Shown here piece by piece: positions 1 to 11,147 of a stretch of 64,000 nt of DNA. The number at the start of each line of letters is the position of its first letter. Within the stretch, counting starts at the first letter, position 1. A model generated the notes under the pieces. The model worked only from the letters and a program-made list of their open reading frames with translations. It was not told the origin of the DNA and searched no databases. The DNA is from a candidate division FCPU426 bacterium (GTDB lineage: Bacteria > Oederibacteriota > Muellerivitia > Muellerivitales > Muellerivitaceae). The stretch spans positions 1 to 64,000 of the forward strand of contig CAVYSE010000017.1 of assembly GCA_963771075.1 (NCBI GenBank), given 5' to 3'. The position numbers were made by a program, and so were the translations under genes.

Positions 1-2861
1 GTTCGGGTCAATGTGATGGTCGGCGTCAAGGTGTGAGTACGGGTTGATGTCGCCGTAAGCGTTGTTGTGTCCGTATGGGTTGAGGTCGGCGTCAATGTCA
101 CCGACCAAGTTGGTGTCAAGGTTTTGGTAAAAGAGGTTGTCGGCGATAAAGTCCATGTTGGAGTAAGGGTAATCGTGGGTGTTGGCGTAATCGTCTTCGA
201 CCATGTGAAGGTCGATGTTTGGGTCGCTGTACCAGTGCTCGTTGGCGATAGGGTCATCGTGAGGCTCAAGGTGATTGTTGGGCTCAATGTCCAAGTCCCG
301 GTGAAAGTGGGCGTGAGGGTAACCGTTGAGGTGTGAGTATTCGTCATCGTCGCCGTATTAGTTTTCGTCGATGTCACCGTCGGTGAAAGGGTAATAGTCG
401 GACTCAAGGTGACCGTAGGCGTCTGGGTGAAACTGGCCGTTATTGACGGTGTAAAGGTAACCGTAGGCGTCGGTGTTTTCGTCACCGTGCTTGAGACCGT
501 CGGACTGTAAGTCATCGTTGGCGTATTCGTCACCGTAGCCGTGGGCACCGTACAGGTTGGTATGGGCCGGCAAGAAGGCGGCACCCCGCCCGAGGCCGTT
601 ACCAGGTTGCCTTGGTAATAAACCGCGTAATATAGGCTGTTCACGTAATTAGTATTGCTTCCCAACCCACAAGGGCTGTACCAAACCGAGGTATTGGAAA
701 AATTCCCATAATTCGCCAAATGGATGGCCGTTTGGATGTTGCTCCATGACGACCCAGCCGCTAGTTGACCCCCATCGGAATTGGAAAGCGTCATTTCCCA
801 ATTGGCCAGGTTCGTTCCATCCGGCCCGCAGGCCGGGGAAAAGTTCGCGCCGGTGATGGCCACCCCGGCCACTCCCGTATTGGTCGGCCCGTAATACCCC
901 CCATAATTCACCGCCCCCACGACAGGTTGGCCCGTCGTGTCGTAGACCCAGAACTTGACCGAGATTTGGGCTAAGTTAAGGGCTGTTGTCCCGTTGTTGA
1001 ACAATTCAAAATTCTCTTGGGATTGATTGTTACCGCAGGTCGTGTATTCCCTCAACTGCAGATTGACCGAGCTGGTACCACACCCTGATAAGGGGGTTGG
1101 GGTAAACAACGGGGTTGAAGTGGAAGTAGTCGTATGCGTCAAGGTGACCGTAGAAGTCCACCTCAGGGTGGGGGAAAGAGTCAATGTACGGGTATAGGTG
1201 GGAGTGGCCGTGACCGTTCTGGTGAGCGTTCGGGTCGGGGTATAGGATGAAGTATGGGTTTGAGTGATCGTGTGAGTCTGGGTATGGGTAAAGGTCAAGG
1301 TCACGGTAGGGGTTCGGGTAAAGGTCCGGGTAGCCGTGATGGTACGCGAAACCGACGGAGTCGTCGTTGCCGTCGGGGTGTGGGTTTGGGTGGGGGTTGA
1401 AGTTAACGTATGGGTTTGGGTATGGGTATAGGTTAAGGTTACGGTCGGGGTATTGGTAATGGTGCGGGTCGCCGTAATCGTGTGTGTGACAGTGGGTGTC
1501 ATCGTAGTCGTCGGTGTACGGGTTTGAGAAGGGGTAGGGGTGACCGTGCGGGTTGAAGTCCAGGTGCGGGTAAAAGTGGTTGTATAGGTTGGGGTAGGTG
1601 TGGCAGTCGATGTAAAAGTATGGGTATTTGTCGCGGTAAAGGAAGAGGTGGCAGTAACGGTGGCCGTGGGTGTTGGCGTAGAGGTGAAAGTAAAGGTATC
1701 CGTCACCGTGGCCGTCCAGCTTGGGGTGGGCGTGACCGTAAAGGTATTTGTGTCCGTGTTGGTGGATGTGGGCGTTACCGTGAAAGTTTCAGTCAGGGTG
1801 GCCGTAAACGTGTTGCTGGCGGTAAAAGTAGGAGTGACTGTGTAGGTGGGCGTAACCGTCATGGTGCTGGTTGTCGTGAAAGACGAAGTAGGAGTTGGGG
1901 TGCTGGTGTATGTGTGAGTCAATGTTTCGGTGGGTGTTTCTGTGGCAGTATTAGTCACGGTTGGCGTGAAAGTGTCCGTTATGGTAAAGGTTGAAGTATC
2001 GGTATCCGTAAAAGTCGGAGTCACCGTGATGGTAGGGCTGTCGGTCGGGGAATAGGTTGGAGTCAACGTGTAAGTTGGCGAAGGAGTTAGTGTTGGCGTC
2101 GGAGTGAAAGTTGCCGTGGAGCTGGATGTGGGAGTGAATGTAGCGGTCGCCGAGGGGGTCATCGTTACGGTCGGGGTGTTCGTCGGTGTTTGGGTTTTCG
2201 TCGGGGTGGGAGAGAGGGTCGGAGTGAAGGCAGAGCAAATGATGGAAAAATCCAGGCCTGTGTACATAAGTTCAGTGTCTACCACGACCACGGCAAGGGT
2301 ATTTGGACCGCTGGTATTCAAGCAAGTGGAAGGAATAGGCAAGTTGCCGGTATACGGTTTCGAGAAATCGCTTTCGCTGACGGGTAGGGAACATTCGTTC
2401 ACCAATATAGTGACCACGTTGTCGTCCGCTGAAGCCTCGATTTCATAGCTCGCAGCCGTTGAAGCGGCTTGGAAAGTTCCCGTGTAGGTATAGTACGTAG
2501 TTACGGCGCCATCATCCATTCCGGTGATTGTGATGCCGATCCATGTGGTTCCCGGAATAGGATTGGGCCAGACATCCGTGGGATAATAGGAAGGAGGAAT
2601 GTTGACCGCCGGACTAGTTACCGGGGTTTGGGTGGCATTCACGTAGGACACGGTCATGGGAATCTGCCCGCTGTCGACAGGAAAACCAACGCAAGGGGAG
2701 GTTTGGGCCCATGTGGGAAAATTGAACCCCAATAGGGTCACAAACGTAAACAACATGAACGTACAAATGCGAGCAGACGGGGATTGAATTGGAAATGAAT
2801 CTTTAAATTGAGAGGTTGGAACAAACCTAGGGAAAACGAATAATATAATGCTTTTTACCAT
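1..2861 (-). CDS. Secreted Thr/Pro-linker protein with CBM3-like domain (runs off the left edge, 3' partial)
   Basis: Not in the ORF track because it has no stop in the window. Manual translation from ATG 2861 gives a signal-like N-terminus (..FTFVTLLGFNFPTWAQ), a globular domain (~2230-2700), a long TxTxTP linker, then an in-frame domain at ~580-1060 (FELFNNGTTALNLAQISVKFW...NIQTAIHLANYGNF...YAVYYQGNLV) resembling CBM3, then more linker. The linker itself was not read codon by codon. Confidence 0.85.
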   Translation of the reverse strand, partial: MVKSIILFVFPRFVPTSQFKDSFPIQSPSARICTFMLFTFVTLLGFNFPTWAQTSPCVGFPVDSGQIPMTVSYVNATQTPVTSPAVNIPPSYYPTDVWPNPIPGTTWIGITITGMDDGAVTTYYTYTGTFQAASTAASYEIEASADDNVVTILVNECSLPVSESDFSKPYTGNLPIPSTCLNTSGPNTLAVVVVDTELMYTGLDFSIICSAFTPTLSPTPTKTQTPTNTPTVTMTPSATATFTPTSSSTATFTPTPTLTPSPTYTLTPTYSPTDSPTITVTPTFTDTDTSTFTITDTFTPTVTNTATETPTETLTHTYTSTPTPTSSFTTTSTMTVTPTYTVTPTFTASNTFTATLTETFTVTPTSTNTDTNTFTVTPTPSWTATVTDTFTFTSTPTPTATVTATSSFTATNTHTFTSTATPTPTYTTTFTRTWTSTRTVTPTPSQTRTPTTTMTPTVTHTITATRTITNTPTVTLTYTHTQTHTLTSTPTQTHTPTATTTPSVSRTITATRTFTRTPTVTLTFTHTQTHTITQTHTSSYTPTRTLTRTVTATPTYTRTLTLSPTLRWTSTVTLTHTTTSTSTPLFTPTPLSGCGTSSVNLQLREYTTCGNNQSQENFELFNNGTTALNLAQISVKFWVYDTTGQPVVGAVNYGGYYGPTNTGVAGVAITGANFSPACGPDGTNLANWEMTLSNSDGGQLAAGSSWSNIQTAIHLANYGNFSNTSVWYSPCGLGSNTNYVNSLYYAVYYQGNLVTASGGVPPSCRPIPTCTVPTATVTNTPTMTYSPTVSSTVTKTPTPTVTFTPSITASFTQTPTVTLSPTITLSPTVTSTKTNTATMTNTHTSTVTLTPTFTGTWTLSPTITLSLTMTLSPTSTGTATQTSTFTWSKTITPTPTITLTPTWTLSPTTSFTKTLTPTWSVTLTPTSTHTDTTTLTATSTRTHTLTPTITLTR

Positions 2862-3068
2862 GATCGGCCGCCGATAAACAAACTTAAATAAGTAGTAAGT
2901 ATTAGGACTTTAACCCTTCCAACCACAAAGCTCAAATAAATTTGGAATTAAGACGGTAAAATTTCGCAAAAGACAAAAATACAACATTTTTTCATCAACG
3001 AGGCAAATGACCTAGAAATGACGTTAAACCACTTCCTCAAAAAAATCATAAATTCCAGTAACGAAGGT

Positions 3069-3467
3069 TCACAAGTAGGAATTTGGCCGTGTTGGTGTTA
3101 CCAGATGAGGATAAGTCGCTTTAAGTGCCGTTCGTAGGGCTCGATCAGGTAAAGGATAGACCCCGCTAGCGCACTTGTCCCCATTGTAATTCGTCCCATC
3201 CCAGGAATAGGCCTTCGAATAGAAAGTATCCTGCGCCGGCATCTTGGGTGTCGCCGTCGCCGAGATCGTCGATGTCACCATCCCAGTGGCCGTGATTGTA
3301 AAGGTCGTGGTCGCCGTCCGGGTCACTGTCGGGCTTGCGGTGGGGGTCGGGGTTTGGATCAATGTTTAAAACCGTCTCCAACTGGACCCGATTGGTTTTG
3401 GCGGTTTTCTCCAATTGGCCCACCAAGGCTACCAAATCTCTATGGAACTGGGCTTAATTTCAGCCAT
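3069..3467 (-). pseudogene. Degraded remnant of a Thr/Pro-linker FlgD-like protein
   Basis: AGGAGG + ATG at 3467 stops after 12 codons. Downstream frames hold a TPTPT linker and a WDGTNYNGDKCASGVY FlgD-Ig-like motif, out of frame with each other. Confidence 0.5.
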
Positions 3468-3517
3468 AACCGCCTCCTAAATAGATTATGAATGGGTAAT
3501 CGGTGAGTTTTGAAGTT

Positions 3518-4375
3518 GTCAATGAACCGCTATCGTCCCTTATCCCCCAGCATTTCCTTGACTAAGTCCATAACTTTTTCAGGTGTTATTTTAGTGAGAC
3601 ATTCCTGATGGGTATGGCTTCCCTCTTTGGCTTGAGGGGGAAAGGGACATTGATTGAGATCACAGGGGCCGCAATCCAAAAAATGTTGAAGGTACCGATG
3701 CCGGAAATCACCCGGTTTGACCCAACCTATTCCCCAATGGGGACCACAGAGGGTGAGGCTTGGTATCCCCACCGCTTGGGCCAAATGCTGGGGGGTCCCA
3801 TCATTTCCGATCAAAAGATCCAATCGTTCAATAAAAGCCGCGGCTTGCAAAAGATTTGTTTCGGGCATTACACGCACCACCGATTCTAACCCAGAAGCAA
3901 TTTCACGGATCAAATCCCTGTCTTGAGGACCTCCGATTAAAACAGGTCGGGCTCCCAATTCATCGTTTAAAACCCCAACCAACCGACGCCAATTGGAAAC
4001 AGGCCACCTCTTGGATGGCCAAGTTCCGGTGGGGTTCAAACCGATGCGGGGTCCTTTTTCGCTCCACTGGGTTTTCGTGAACAATTCCTCCGCCCATTGC
4101 TTTTCCCCGTCAAAAAAGAGTTCGGTTTGGTTACCCTCATCCGGAACACCGAGGGCCCGGATTAAATCCAGGTTCACTTCAACTTGATACTTTCGAACCG
4201 TATTTTTAGGGATGGGATGGGTAAAGGCCCATTGGCGAAATCGAAACGCGTAACCCGCCCTCAAAGGGGCGCCTGTGGCCAGGGTCAACCAGGCGGAACG
4301 GGGTTCCGCCGCCAAGTCCAACACCCAATCAAAATGGGTCTGGCGCAATTTCCAAAGAAAGGACAAGGTATCCCC
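3518..4375. repeat. 858-bp direct repeat, copy A (copy B 11712-12569)
   Basis: Offset 8194 bp; about 7 substitutions seen by eye. Confidence 0.95.
3530..4375 (-). pseudogene. 5'-truncated duplicate of the GT9 gene at 11724-12779
   Basis: Near-identical to 11724-12569 but lacks the first ~70 codons (RILLIRLKGIGD motif). Confidence 0.85.
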
Positions 4376-4709
4376 TCGCGTCCACCCAAAGGTAGCTTCC
4401 AAGCATGGGAACGGAACATTGGGTGATCGTTTGGGGATTTGAAACAGTCGAAGTGTTATTGACTTGAATTACTAACTGTGAAGAGTTGTAGCCATTCGGG
4501 CAGTAATTTAAGACAACCGTAATGGGTTCCGTGGGACTCGTAAGGGTGGGATTGAGAATGGTCAGGACGGGGTTAGCCCCGTTTTGAGTTTGAGCCCAAC
4601 CTTTCATTGGGTAAATTAAAACTATCAACAAGCCCACAATGAATGGCCCGGTGATAGAATTTAAACATTTTTTTAGGAATTCAGATCGCATAACCATTCC
4701 AAACTTCAC
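4329..4709 (-). pseudogene. Truncated N-terminal module of a secreted protein, fused out of frame to the GT9 duplicate
   Basis: Signal peptide (..IYPMKGWAQ) then a segment ending TQCSVPMLGSYLWVDARG, homologous to the N-terminus of the 1500-aa protein. The sequence switches into GT9 DNA at ~4375. Confidence 0.6.
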
Positions 4710-4750
4710 TTGCTAGATGAACCAAACTTAACTAGGTTAATTAATACATT

Positions 4751-6119
4751 GGCTCTTCTGCAAAAGTTGTGGGTAGTTTAGAGGCATTTTAGAAGTCTTC
4801 CAAGGTGCAAGTTAGCACCTTCAGTCGCAGATATTCCTGGTCCCGCAGACCGTAAGCCCGCCGCTGAATGACACGAATTTTGTTATTCAGCCCTTCCACG
4901 AACCCCAGGGATACCTTGTTCTCTGGTTTGCAGTGCGCCACGATTCCTTCCCAATGCCTTTCCACTGTCCGAGCAAACTTCTCATACGATCCCAATTCTT
5001 GCCCTTTCAAAGATGACTTCCAGTTGTCTAAAAATTTTTGAGCACACGCCGGATACTGATAATCCCAAAGCTGCCCAAACGATTCCTTCAGGACATAGGC
5101 TGTGTTCAAGCGTTTGTTGGCCATTAGCAACGCCTTCAACCTTTTTCGACCCTTTAGGTCTAGGTTCTGCTGGTGGGACAGCAGGATGTATCGGTTTCCC
5201 TTGATGTACTCCCGTTCTTCTTCTGGAAGGTTCTTGTATTCGGAACGCCGCACCTCATCCATGGCCTCTCCCAACTTTCGCATCACATGGAACTTGTCGT
5301 AGAGAATGGCCGCCTGAGGTGCATTCTTGACGGTGGAATTTTCAAATGCTTCCCACATGTCCATTACGGCCAGCCGAACCTTTTCAGCCTTTTTTTGCCC
5401 CAATTCCTCCCAAAACAGGTCCAGGCTTTCTTCCGTGCGGTCTTTTCCGCCAAACCAAATCGGTCGCTTACGCTCAAGATCGCTCACTACGATCCGATAG
5501 TTATGCCCCTTCCGAATCGAGATTTCATCTATTCCTATCACTCTGGGTGCCGGATTGCCCACCCGTCTCAATTTCTCCCGCATGTAGTCCATTTCCATGG
5601 TCTTGGCGGTTCGCCAATCCAAATGAAGCTCGTTGGCCACTTCCCGGATCGTAGTGTTCTGACACCTTTTCCCGACATAGTAGGCAAACCGTTTCGTGTA
5701 AAAAGAGTTGTTCCCGATCCAGGAAAGGCTTTCTGCCTTCACGGCTCCGCAGTCCTTACAATCAACCCTGCGGACTTCCACTTCCAGATAGACCCGCAGA
5801 TCCCCGCAGGGCTTGTCTCGGACCAGTCTTGTTTTTCGGTCGTAGAATGTGCGAGAAACTTTTCCACAGGCTCCACAAACTGTTTTTTTCCCCTGCGTTG
5901 GAGCCGAATGATCCGTGCGTACGGATCACCAAACAACCCCTTGAGCATGATTCGGGGAATGAAACCGGGGAACCGATAGGCGTCATACAGACATTTGAAA
6001 TTTTTCATGCCCAAAGCATGACAAGTTTTTTGAGACCTTCAAGACTATAAAAACATTATGCCAATTGGTGTTTTGGTCTTTTAACCCGGATTTTTACCCA
6101 CAAGTTTTGTAGAAGACCC
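4751..6119 (-). mobile_element. ISL3-family insertion sequence (1369 bp)
   Basis: Terminal IRs GGCTCTTCTGCAAAAGTTGTGGGTA (4751-4775) and revcomp GGGTCTTCTACAAAACTTGTGGGTA (6095-6119), 22/25 match. 8-bp target duplication AATACATT at 4743-4750 and 6120-6127. Confidence 0.95.
4789..6008 (-). CDS. ISL3-family transposase, split by a -1 frameshift at an A7 run (~5883-5889)
   Basis: GIDE, MDMW, DKFH and EGLNNKI..I.RRAYG motifs. A -1 shift joins MKNFK...RRGKK to TVCGACG...RRVDCKDCG, restoring the zinc finger. Confidence 0.9.
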
Positions 6120-6342
6120 AATACATTAACTACAATTTTTATACCTTTTTCCTCGTTAAAACAGGAAATTATTGAGGTAAATGAGCCTAGGTTTAACGAA
6201 AAAGCGATTTTTAATTTTCGTTATTTGAATCAGGAAGTCATCAAATCGTTCAAAAACTATCAAAACATCAGCAATATCTGCCAAAGACAAGATTCAAGGA
6301 AGATTCGCAAAAGAAACTTTTTAAGTTAATACGTCTTTTACT

Positions 6343-9300
6343 TTAACGCACCACGACGATCTTGAGATTCTGGTGTCCGATGATTCCGCCCTGGTTGTTG
6401 TAAGCATCCACCACCGCGAAATACATCCCACTCGCCACCCCTGAGGCGTCCCAATCGGTCTGATTCGCTCCCGCGGCACCTGTCGCACTTCGCTTCACCA
6501 ACTCGCCTGCTGCGTCATACACCCGGTATACCAGCGTCAGGCTTTGGGCTGAGTCCGAGATGAACTGGACGCTATACCCAGTCGTTGGGTTCATGAGGTT
6601 CGGCCTCGCCGTGATGTTCCCCATTCCCGCGTTCGCCGTATCCGACATCACCATCACGTGGGCCGTCAAGATCGTCTCCCCACCCTGTCCATCCTGGGCC
6701 GTCACTTCGATGTAATACTGGCCCGACGCCACCACACTTCCATTATCGCCCGTCCCATCCCACACGACCGTCGTTCCGTTATTGAGCGTCACGGTCAATT
6801 GGTTCGGGATGTTCCCCGTGGCTGTCCCGCTGGTGGGTTCAAAACTCGTCGCCGACAACTGCAATTGGGTGGTATTGGTCGTACCCGGATTGCTCGAGTA
6901 GACGTAGAGATTCTTCACCACTTCCCCCGCCTCGTTGTAGATCTTTACCGCCACTTTGTAAACCGAACGATTCACGATGATGGGCTGGGTCACGCTCGTG
7001 TCCGTTCCCATGTTCCCAACACTATCGATCTTTACATAATATTCACCATTCAGCACCGGGTTCCCCGAAGCGTCCAACCCGTTCCAGGTGTCAATAGGAA
7101 TTCCCAGGTATTTGATCGTCGTCGAACTCCCTGGTCCGCTGACCGCCGTGATGGCTCCGGAACTTAGGGTAAAGCTATTGATCGCCTGCGAATACTGGCT
7201 CACCGGAAGGGACACCACCAACTCTCCAGCGGAATTATAGAGTCCGACCTTCACCGTGTACTGGCCCGTCGTTAGGGTGTTCGCACAAGCGGTTATGGGA
7301 GCCGCCGCCCCTGTGTAATTGGCCACCGCGCAGTTTTGGATCGTGATGCCTCCCGCGATCAGGTTATTGACGGTCGCCTGGTAGGTCATCTGGTAAACCC
7401 CCAGTGCCAGCGGCGAGGGCATCTGCCAGCTCATGATCGAGGTGGCTTGGTTGTAAGAGGCGTTGGTTCCCGCCGGTACCGTCCCAAAGGACACGAAGGT
7501 CAAGTTGGCCGGTAATTGATCCGTCACCACCATATTCAAGGGACTGTTCCCTCCCACATTCAATACCAGGGTATACAGAAGTGTGGTTCCCGGGCTGGTC
7601 ACCGAAGAGGAGACCTGCTTGGTCAGGGTAGTCACTGCGGGAGGTGTTGCCGTGGCGGTTACCGTATCCGTGGCGGACATGGTGGGCGTTGAACTGGAGG
7701 TCCAGGTGCTGGTCAAGGTCGGCGTGGAGGTTTGAGTGTGGGTACTGGTCGCGGTGGGTGAATTAGTGGGCGTTGCCGTATTGGTGGGGGTATGGGTCGC
7801 CGTGTGGGTGTAGGTTTCAGTAAAGCTGTTCGTCGAGGTCGGGGTGTTCGTGGCGGTAAAGGAATTCGTCGGTGTCATGGAAGGGGTTACCGTCAAGCTA
7901 TCCGTCGGTGTCAGGGTGGGGGTGGGGGTATTGGTTTGGGTCATGGTCTCCGTAACCGTCGGGGTGTTGGTCTGGGTAAGCGTGTTGGTTTGGGTATAGG
8001 TATTCGTCGGTGTCCGGGTGGGGGTCACAGTCATGCTTTCAGTGGGAGTCACCGTCTCGGTCGGCGTGTTCGTTTCCGTAAAGGTATTGGTTTCGGTAGG
8101 AGTCGATGTTTGGGTGTTGGTAATCGTTACAGTCGGTGTATAGGAGACTGTATTCGTTAAGGTTGGGGTCATGGTTGGGGTGACGGTGACCGAAATTGTC
8201 GGGGTGTTCGTGGTCGTCAAGGTATTGGTCGGTGTCCTTGTTGGCGTTACCGTTAGGGTATTGGTGGGAGTCATTGTGTTCGTCGCCGTGGGCGTGACCG
8301 TGGGGGTCTTGGTGTTGGTTGTCGTCGGCGTGATGGTATAGGTGTTTGTCACGGTCGGCGTCAGGGGGAATGTGTTGGTCCATGTCGGAGTCACGGTCGG
8401 AGTCACCGTGGGCGTGACGGTCGGGGTTTTGGTGTTCGTCATGGTATTGGTGGGCGTGACGCTTGGTGTCGGGGTATAGGTATGGGTCGATGTAACCGTA
8501 TAGGTTAAGGTGTTGGTCACCGTAACCGTTGGGGTGTTCGTGTTGGTCTTGGTGGGAGTAACCGTGGGAGTAAAAGTCGGCGTGAGGGTAAAGGTACTAG
8601 TTGGAGTCACCGTGATGGTATTGGTGGGGGTAGGGGTGAAAGTATGGGTGTAAGTGGGCGTGAGAGTGGGCGTAAATGTCGGGGTGCGGGTTGGAGTGAC
8701 CGTGGGCGTGTTGGTTTGCGTGGGGGTGGGGGTAAAGGTATTGGTGGCGCAAAGCTCGATAGCCGTCACGGCGTTGGACGTAACCGCTTGGTCGCCGTTG
8801 GCGGTGATGGCCGCTTGGTTGACATAGGTTACGGAACTTTGGGCTCCACAAGCCACCGTTCCCCACCAGGTCACAGCGCCCTGAAGATTATAATTCGTTT
8901 CGTCAAATCCCCATTTCAAGGGATTGCCATTAGTGAAAGTGGGTGCTCCGTTTGTAGCGGTGGTATTAGTGCCATTTTGCCCCACATAGGTAAAATCGGT
9001 TCCTCCGTTGGGGAGAGAATCCGTGATGGTGGCGTTCACCACCGGGTCCCCCTGCTCGAACTTCAGGTTGGCGTACCAATCCGGTGATGCGGTTGCCGTT
9101 GATTCCCAGCCCTGCTGCCAGGTATCGGCACATAGGTTCGGCCATTGGGCGGGAGTCGTCCAAGTAAAGGTGTCGACTAAACTCGGATTTCCCCTTTGCC
9201 ATACGATTTCCTGGAACGAGATGGCGCCCCCGGCACTCACCGTTACGATGACCCGAACGGTGTACCAAACACCCGCTTGAATGGTAACGGCTCCATTCAC

Positions 9301-10845
9301 CCCGCCATAGGTAGTTAACCCGGCGCCGCCCGCCGGGCAGGAACCGGGACATTCGTTATCCTGCATTTGGATATAACCGTAAGGATTATTATCGAGGGAT
9401 ATGCCAGCCAAGTAGGTATAGGTCACCGCACCTTGCACACTGGAGCCCACCACCAGATCCGCGTCCGCGCCGTAGCTCACGCCCTGGGCGCTAGTGGGAA
9501 TCTGCATGTCGCCTTCCACCACATAAGTGTTCCCTGGACAAAAGTTCGCCCCACCACTGCGCAAATACATGGGGTAGTCACCCCCGCTTGTGCTATAAGC
9601 GGAAGTGGCGACCAAATAACGGTTTCCCTGGGAATCGGTTTCGATTACAAATCCGCCAGTTCCAGTGCCATCCCCTGTACCGCCAACACTTTTAAAATTT
9701 TGATAGGTAGTCCCGTCATAACCTATCCCGCCGTTGGCATTGCCATCCGCTGGACCGTTATCGTAAGAATCGTACCATTGCAGACTAAAACCGTTGATGC
9801 TGTAAGCCAGGGTGTAGGTGATAGCTTGACCACTGACGAGGTTACTACTCGACTGGGATTTGATAAGCGAGAATCCACCCCCGCCCACGGTGGAATTCGC
9901 CACATTAGAGGTTGCGGAGGGGCCTGATCCTAAATTAAGTTTCGCCGTGTTGCTGATGGTTCCAGAAGCAGCCGTCACCCGGGCCAAAAACCAAACTTGT
10001 CCCTTTTCTTCCACACCGCTTCCCGGAATATTCCAGGTGAGGGTTGAACCCGGGAGGGTTCCCGTTTCACTGGTGGTGACCGGATTCACCGGGCCCATCT
10101 GAACCACCGTCACTCCCACCGGAACCGTATCCGTCACCGTATTTCCCGCGGGGCTGTTTACGAAATCATAACTGACCGTAAAAAGAACCAGGTCGTTCGT
10201 GGCCGCGCTCCCTCCCTCGGCGACTTTGTCAACACTTACAATAGTCGCGGGCGGAACCGGAATGCTGATTGGAATGTGAACTTCCATTCCGTTTTGGAAA
10301 TTCTGGCCGCAAGCCACGTAATTGGTGCCAACTCCTATATCCAGGTTATAGCTCCCCCCATAGGCCGCTACAGTGGGTACGGATAAATTCCAAGTTTGAA
10401 CGAAGGTGATTGGTGCCACGGTGCTGACGGCGTCAGACGCGACTGGCCCAACGCCTAATTCATAAGAGGGTCCTCCCCAACCCATTGCGGAGCCATTGGT
10501 ACCGGCGTCTCCAACGTTGACACCCTTATTATCCACCAGAAAAACCTGTCCCGCAGCAGGACATCCGACGATAGTGGTCCCATCGCTGCTGAATGCCACC
10601 AGCCAGGAAGTTGGTCCTTGATAGGTGGCATCATTGACATAGGTGACGGAAAGGGAAAAGGCAACGCCGGGCTCTGGATTAGGTGGGCTGATACCATCTC
10701 CAATGATCGTTATATTTTGACCTAGGACATGATTGGCAGAAATGAATAAAGCCAGGGCAATAAAAAGAACAAATGGAACCTGACGCGATTTCCATTTTGT
10801 TAAGGAACCCGGTTTTTGTACTAGGAGGTGGGTAAAAAAGGTCAT
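6343..10845 (-). CDS. 1500-aa secreted surface protein: DUF11-like Ig repeats, lectin-like insert, Thr/Pro linker, three FlgD-Ig-like C-terminal domains
   Basis: Signal-like N-terminus, (V/I)TDxLP DUF11-type motifs, long TxTP linker, WNG/WDG..G..V..G.Y motifs, C-terminal ..[14 protein letters not shown]. Confidence 0.85.
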   Translation of the reverse strand: MTFFTHLLVQKPGSLTKWKSRQVPFVLFIALALFISANHVLGQNITIIGDGISPPNPEPGVAFSLSVTYVNDATYQGPTSWLVAFSSDGTTIVGCPAAGQVFLVDNKGVNVGDAGTNGSAMGWGGPSYELGVGPVASDAVSTVAPITFVQTWNLSVPTVAAYGGSYNLDIGVGTNYVACGQNFQNGMEVHIPISIPVPPATIVSVDKVAEGGSAATNDLVLFTVSYDFVNSPAGNTVTDTVPVGVTVVQMGPVNPVTTSETGTLPGSTLTWNIPGSGVEEKGQVWFLARVTAASGTISNTAKLNLGSGPSATSNVANSTVGGGGFSLIKSQSSSNLVSGQAITYTLAYSINGFSLQWYDSYDNGPADGNANGGIGYDGTTYQNFKSVGGTGDGTGTGGFVIETDSQGNRYLVATSAYSTSGGDYPMYLRSGGANFCPGNTYVVEGDMQIPTSAQGVSYGADADLVVGSSVQGAVTYTYLAGISLDNNPYGYIQMQDNECPGSCPAGGAGLTTYGGVNGAVTIQAGVWYTVRVIVTVSAGGAISFQEIVWQRGNPSLVDTFTWTTPAQWPNLCADTWQQGWESTATASPDWYANLKFEQGDPVVNATITDSLPNGGTDFTYVGQNGTNTTATNGAPTFTNGNPLKWGFDETNYNLQGAVTWWGTVACGAQSSVTYVNQAAITANGDQAVTSNAVTAIELCATNTFTPTPTQTNTPTVTPTRTPTFTPTLTPTYTHTFTPTPTNTITVTPTSTFTLTPTFTPTVTPTKTNTNTPTVTVTNTLTYTVTSTHTYTPTPSVTPTNTMTNTKTPTVTPTVTPTVTPTWTNTFPLTPTVTNTYTITPTTTNTKTPTVTPTATNTMTPTNTLTVTPTRTPTNTLTTTNTPTISVTVTPTMTPTLTNTVSYTPTVTITNTQTSTPTETNTFTETNTPTETVTPTESMTVTPTRTPTNTYTQTNTLTQTNTPTVTETMTQTNTPTPTLTPTDSLTVTPSMTPTNSFTATNTPTSTNSFTETYTHTATHTPTNTATPTNSPTATSTHTQTSTPTLTSTWTSSSTPTMSATDTVTATATPPAVTTLTKQVSSSVTSPGTTLLYTLVLNVGGNSPLNMVVTDQLPANLTFVSFGTVPAGTNASYNQATSIMSWQMPSPLALGVYQMTYQATVNNLIAGGITIQNCAVANYTGAAAPITACANTLTTGQYTVKVGLYNSAGELVVSLPVSQYSQAINSFTLSSGAITAVSGPGSSTTIKYLGIPIDTWNGLDASGNPVLNGEYYVKIDSVGNMGTDTSVTQPIIVNRSVYKVAVKIYNEAGEVVKNLYVYSSNPGTTNTTQLQLSATSFEPTSGTATGNIPNQLTVTLNNGTTVVWDGTGDNGSVVASGQYYIEVTAQDGQGGETILTAHVMVMSDTANAGMGNITARPNLMNPTTGYSVQFISDSAQSLTLVYRVYDAAGELVKRSATGAAGANQTDWDASGVASGMYFAVVDAYNNQGGIIGHQNLKIVVVR

Positions 10846-11147
10846 CTAACGTCCACTAAAAACTCTTGGCCGGCTTCCGGACAATTCCCAAGAGTAGTTC
10901 CATCCGTGCTCAAAGCCACCCACCAAACGGTTTGATCTCCCCAAAGACAGGAGTTATAAGTAACCGACAAGGAGAAAGCCTGATTGGGTTGTGGATTAGT
11001 TGGAGAAATGGAATATCCGAGAATATTGACATCGACTTGGGCTTGGGCATAACCCGTTATCAAAGACAGTCCAATAACCATCCCGATAACACCGATAAAT
11101 TTAAAAAGAACTTTTTTCATCCCAAACCTCTTAACCTCTTCAACCAT
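10842..11147 (-). CDS. Small secreted protein, paralogous to the N-terminal module of the 1500-aa protein
   Basis: Signal peptide (..GYAQAQ); [31 protein letters not shown] vs [35 protein letters not shown] overlap with the next gene. Confidence 0.7.
   Translation of the reverse strand: MVEEVKRFGMKKVLFKFIGVIGMVIGLSLITGYAQAQVDVNILGYSISPTNPQPNQAFSLSVTYNSCLWGDQTVWWVALSTDGTTLGNCPEAGQEFLVDVR

Noticed and set aside
67..2448. Val/Gly-rich plus-strand ORFs (also near 25590 and 56199)
   Set aside because: They are antisense shadows of Thr/Pro codons on the minus strand.
3518..4375. Near-identical repeat pair as a DGR template/variable region
   Set aside because: Too long, mismatches are not confined to adenines, and there is no reverse transcriptase in the window.
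7620..8750. Repetitive DNA suggestive of CRISPR or a tandem array
   Set aside because: It is degenerate codon-level repetition of a TxTP linker, with no fixed repeat-spacer structure.
10844..10851. GTTAGAT (GTTRRRY) just before the 1500-aa start as an integron core site
   Set aside because: No matching inverse core or attC hairpin downstream and no integrase; a 7-mer match is expected by chance.
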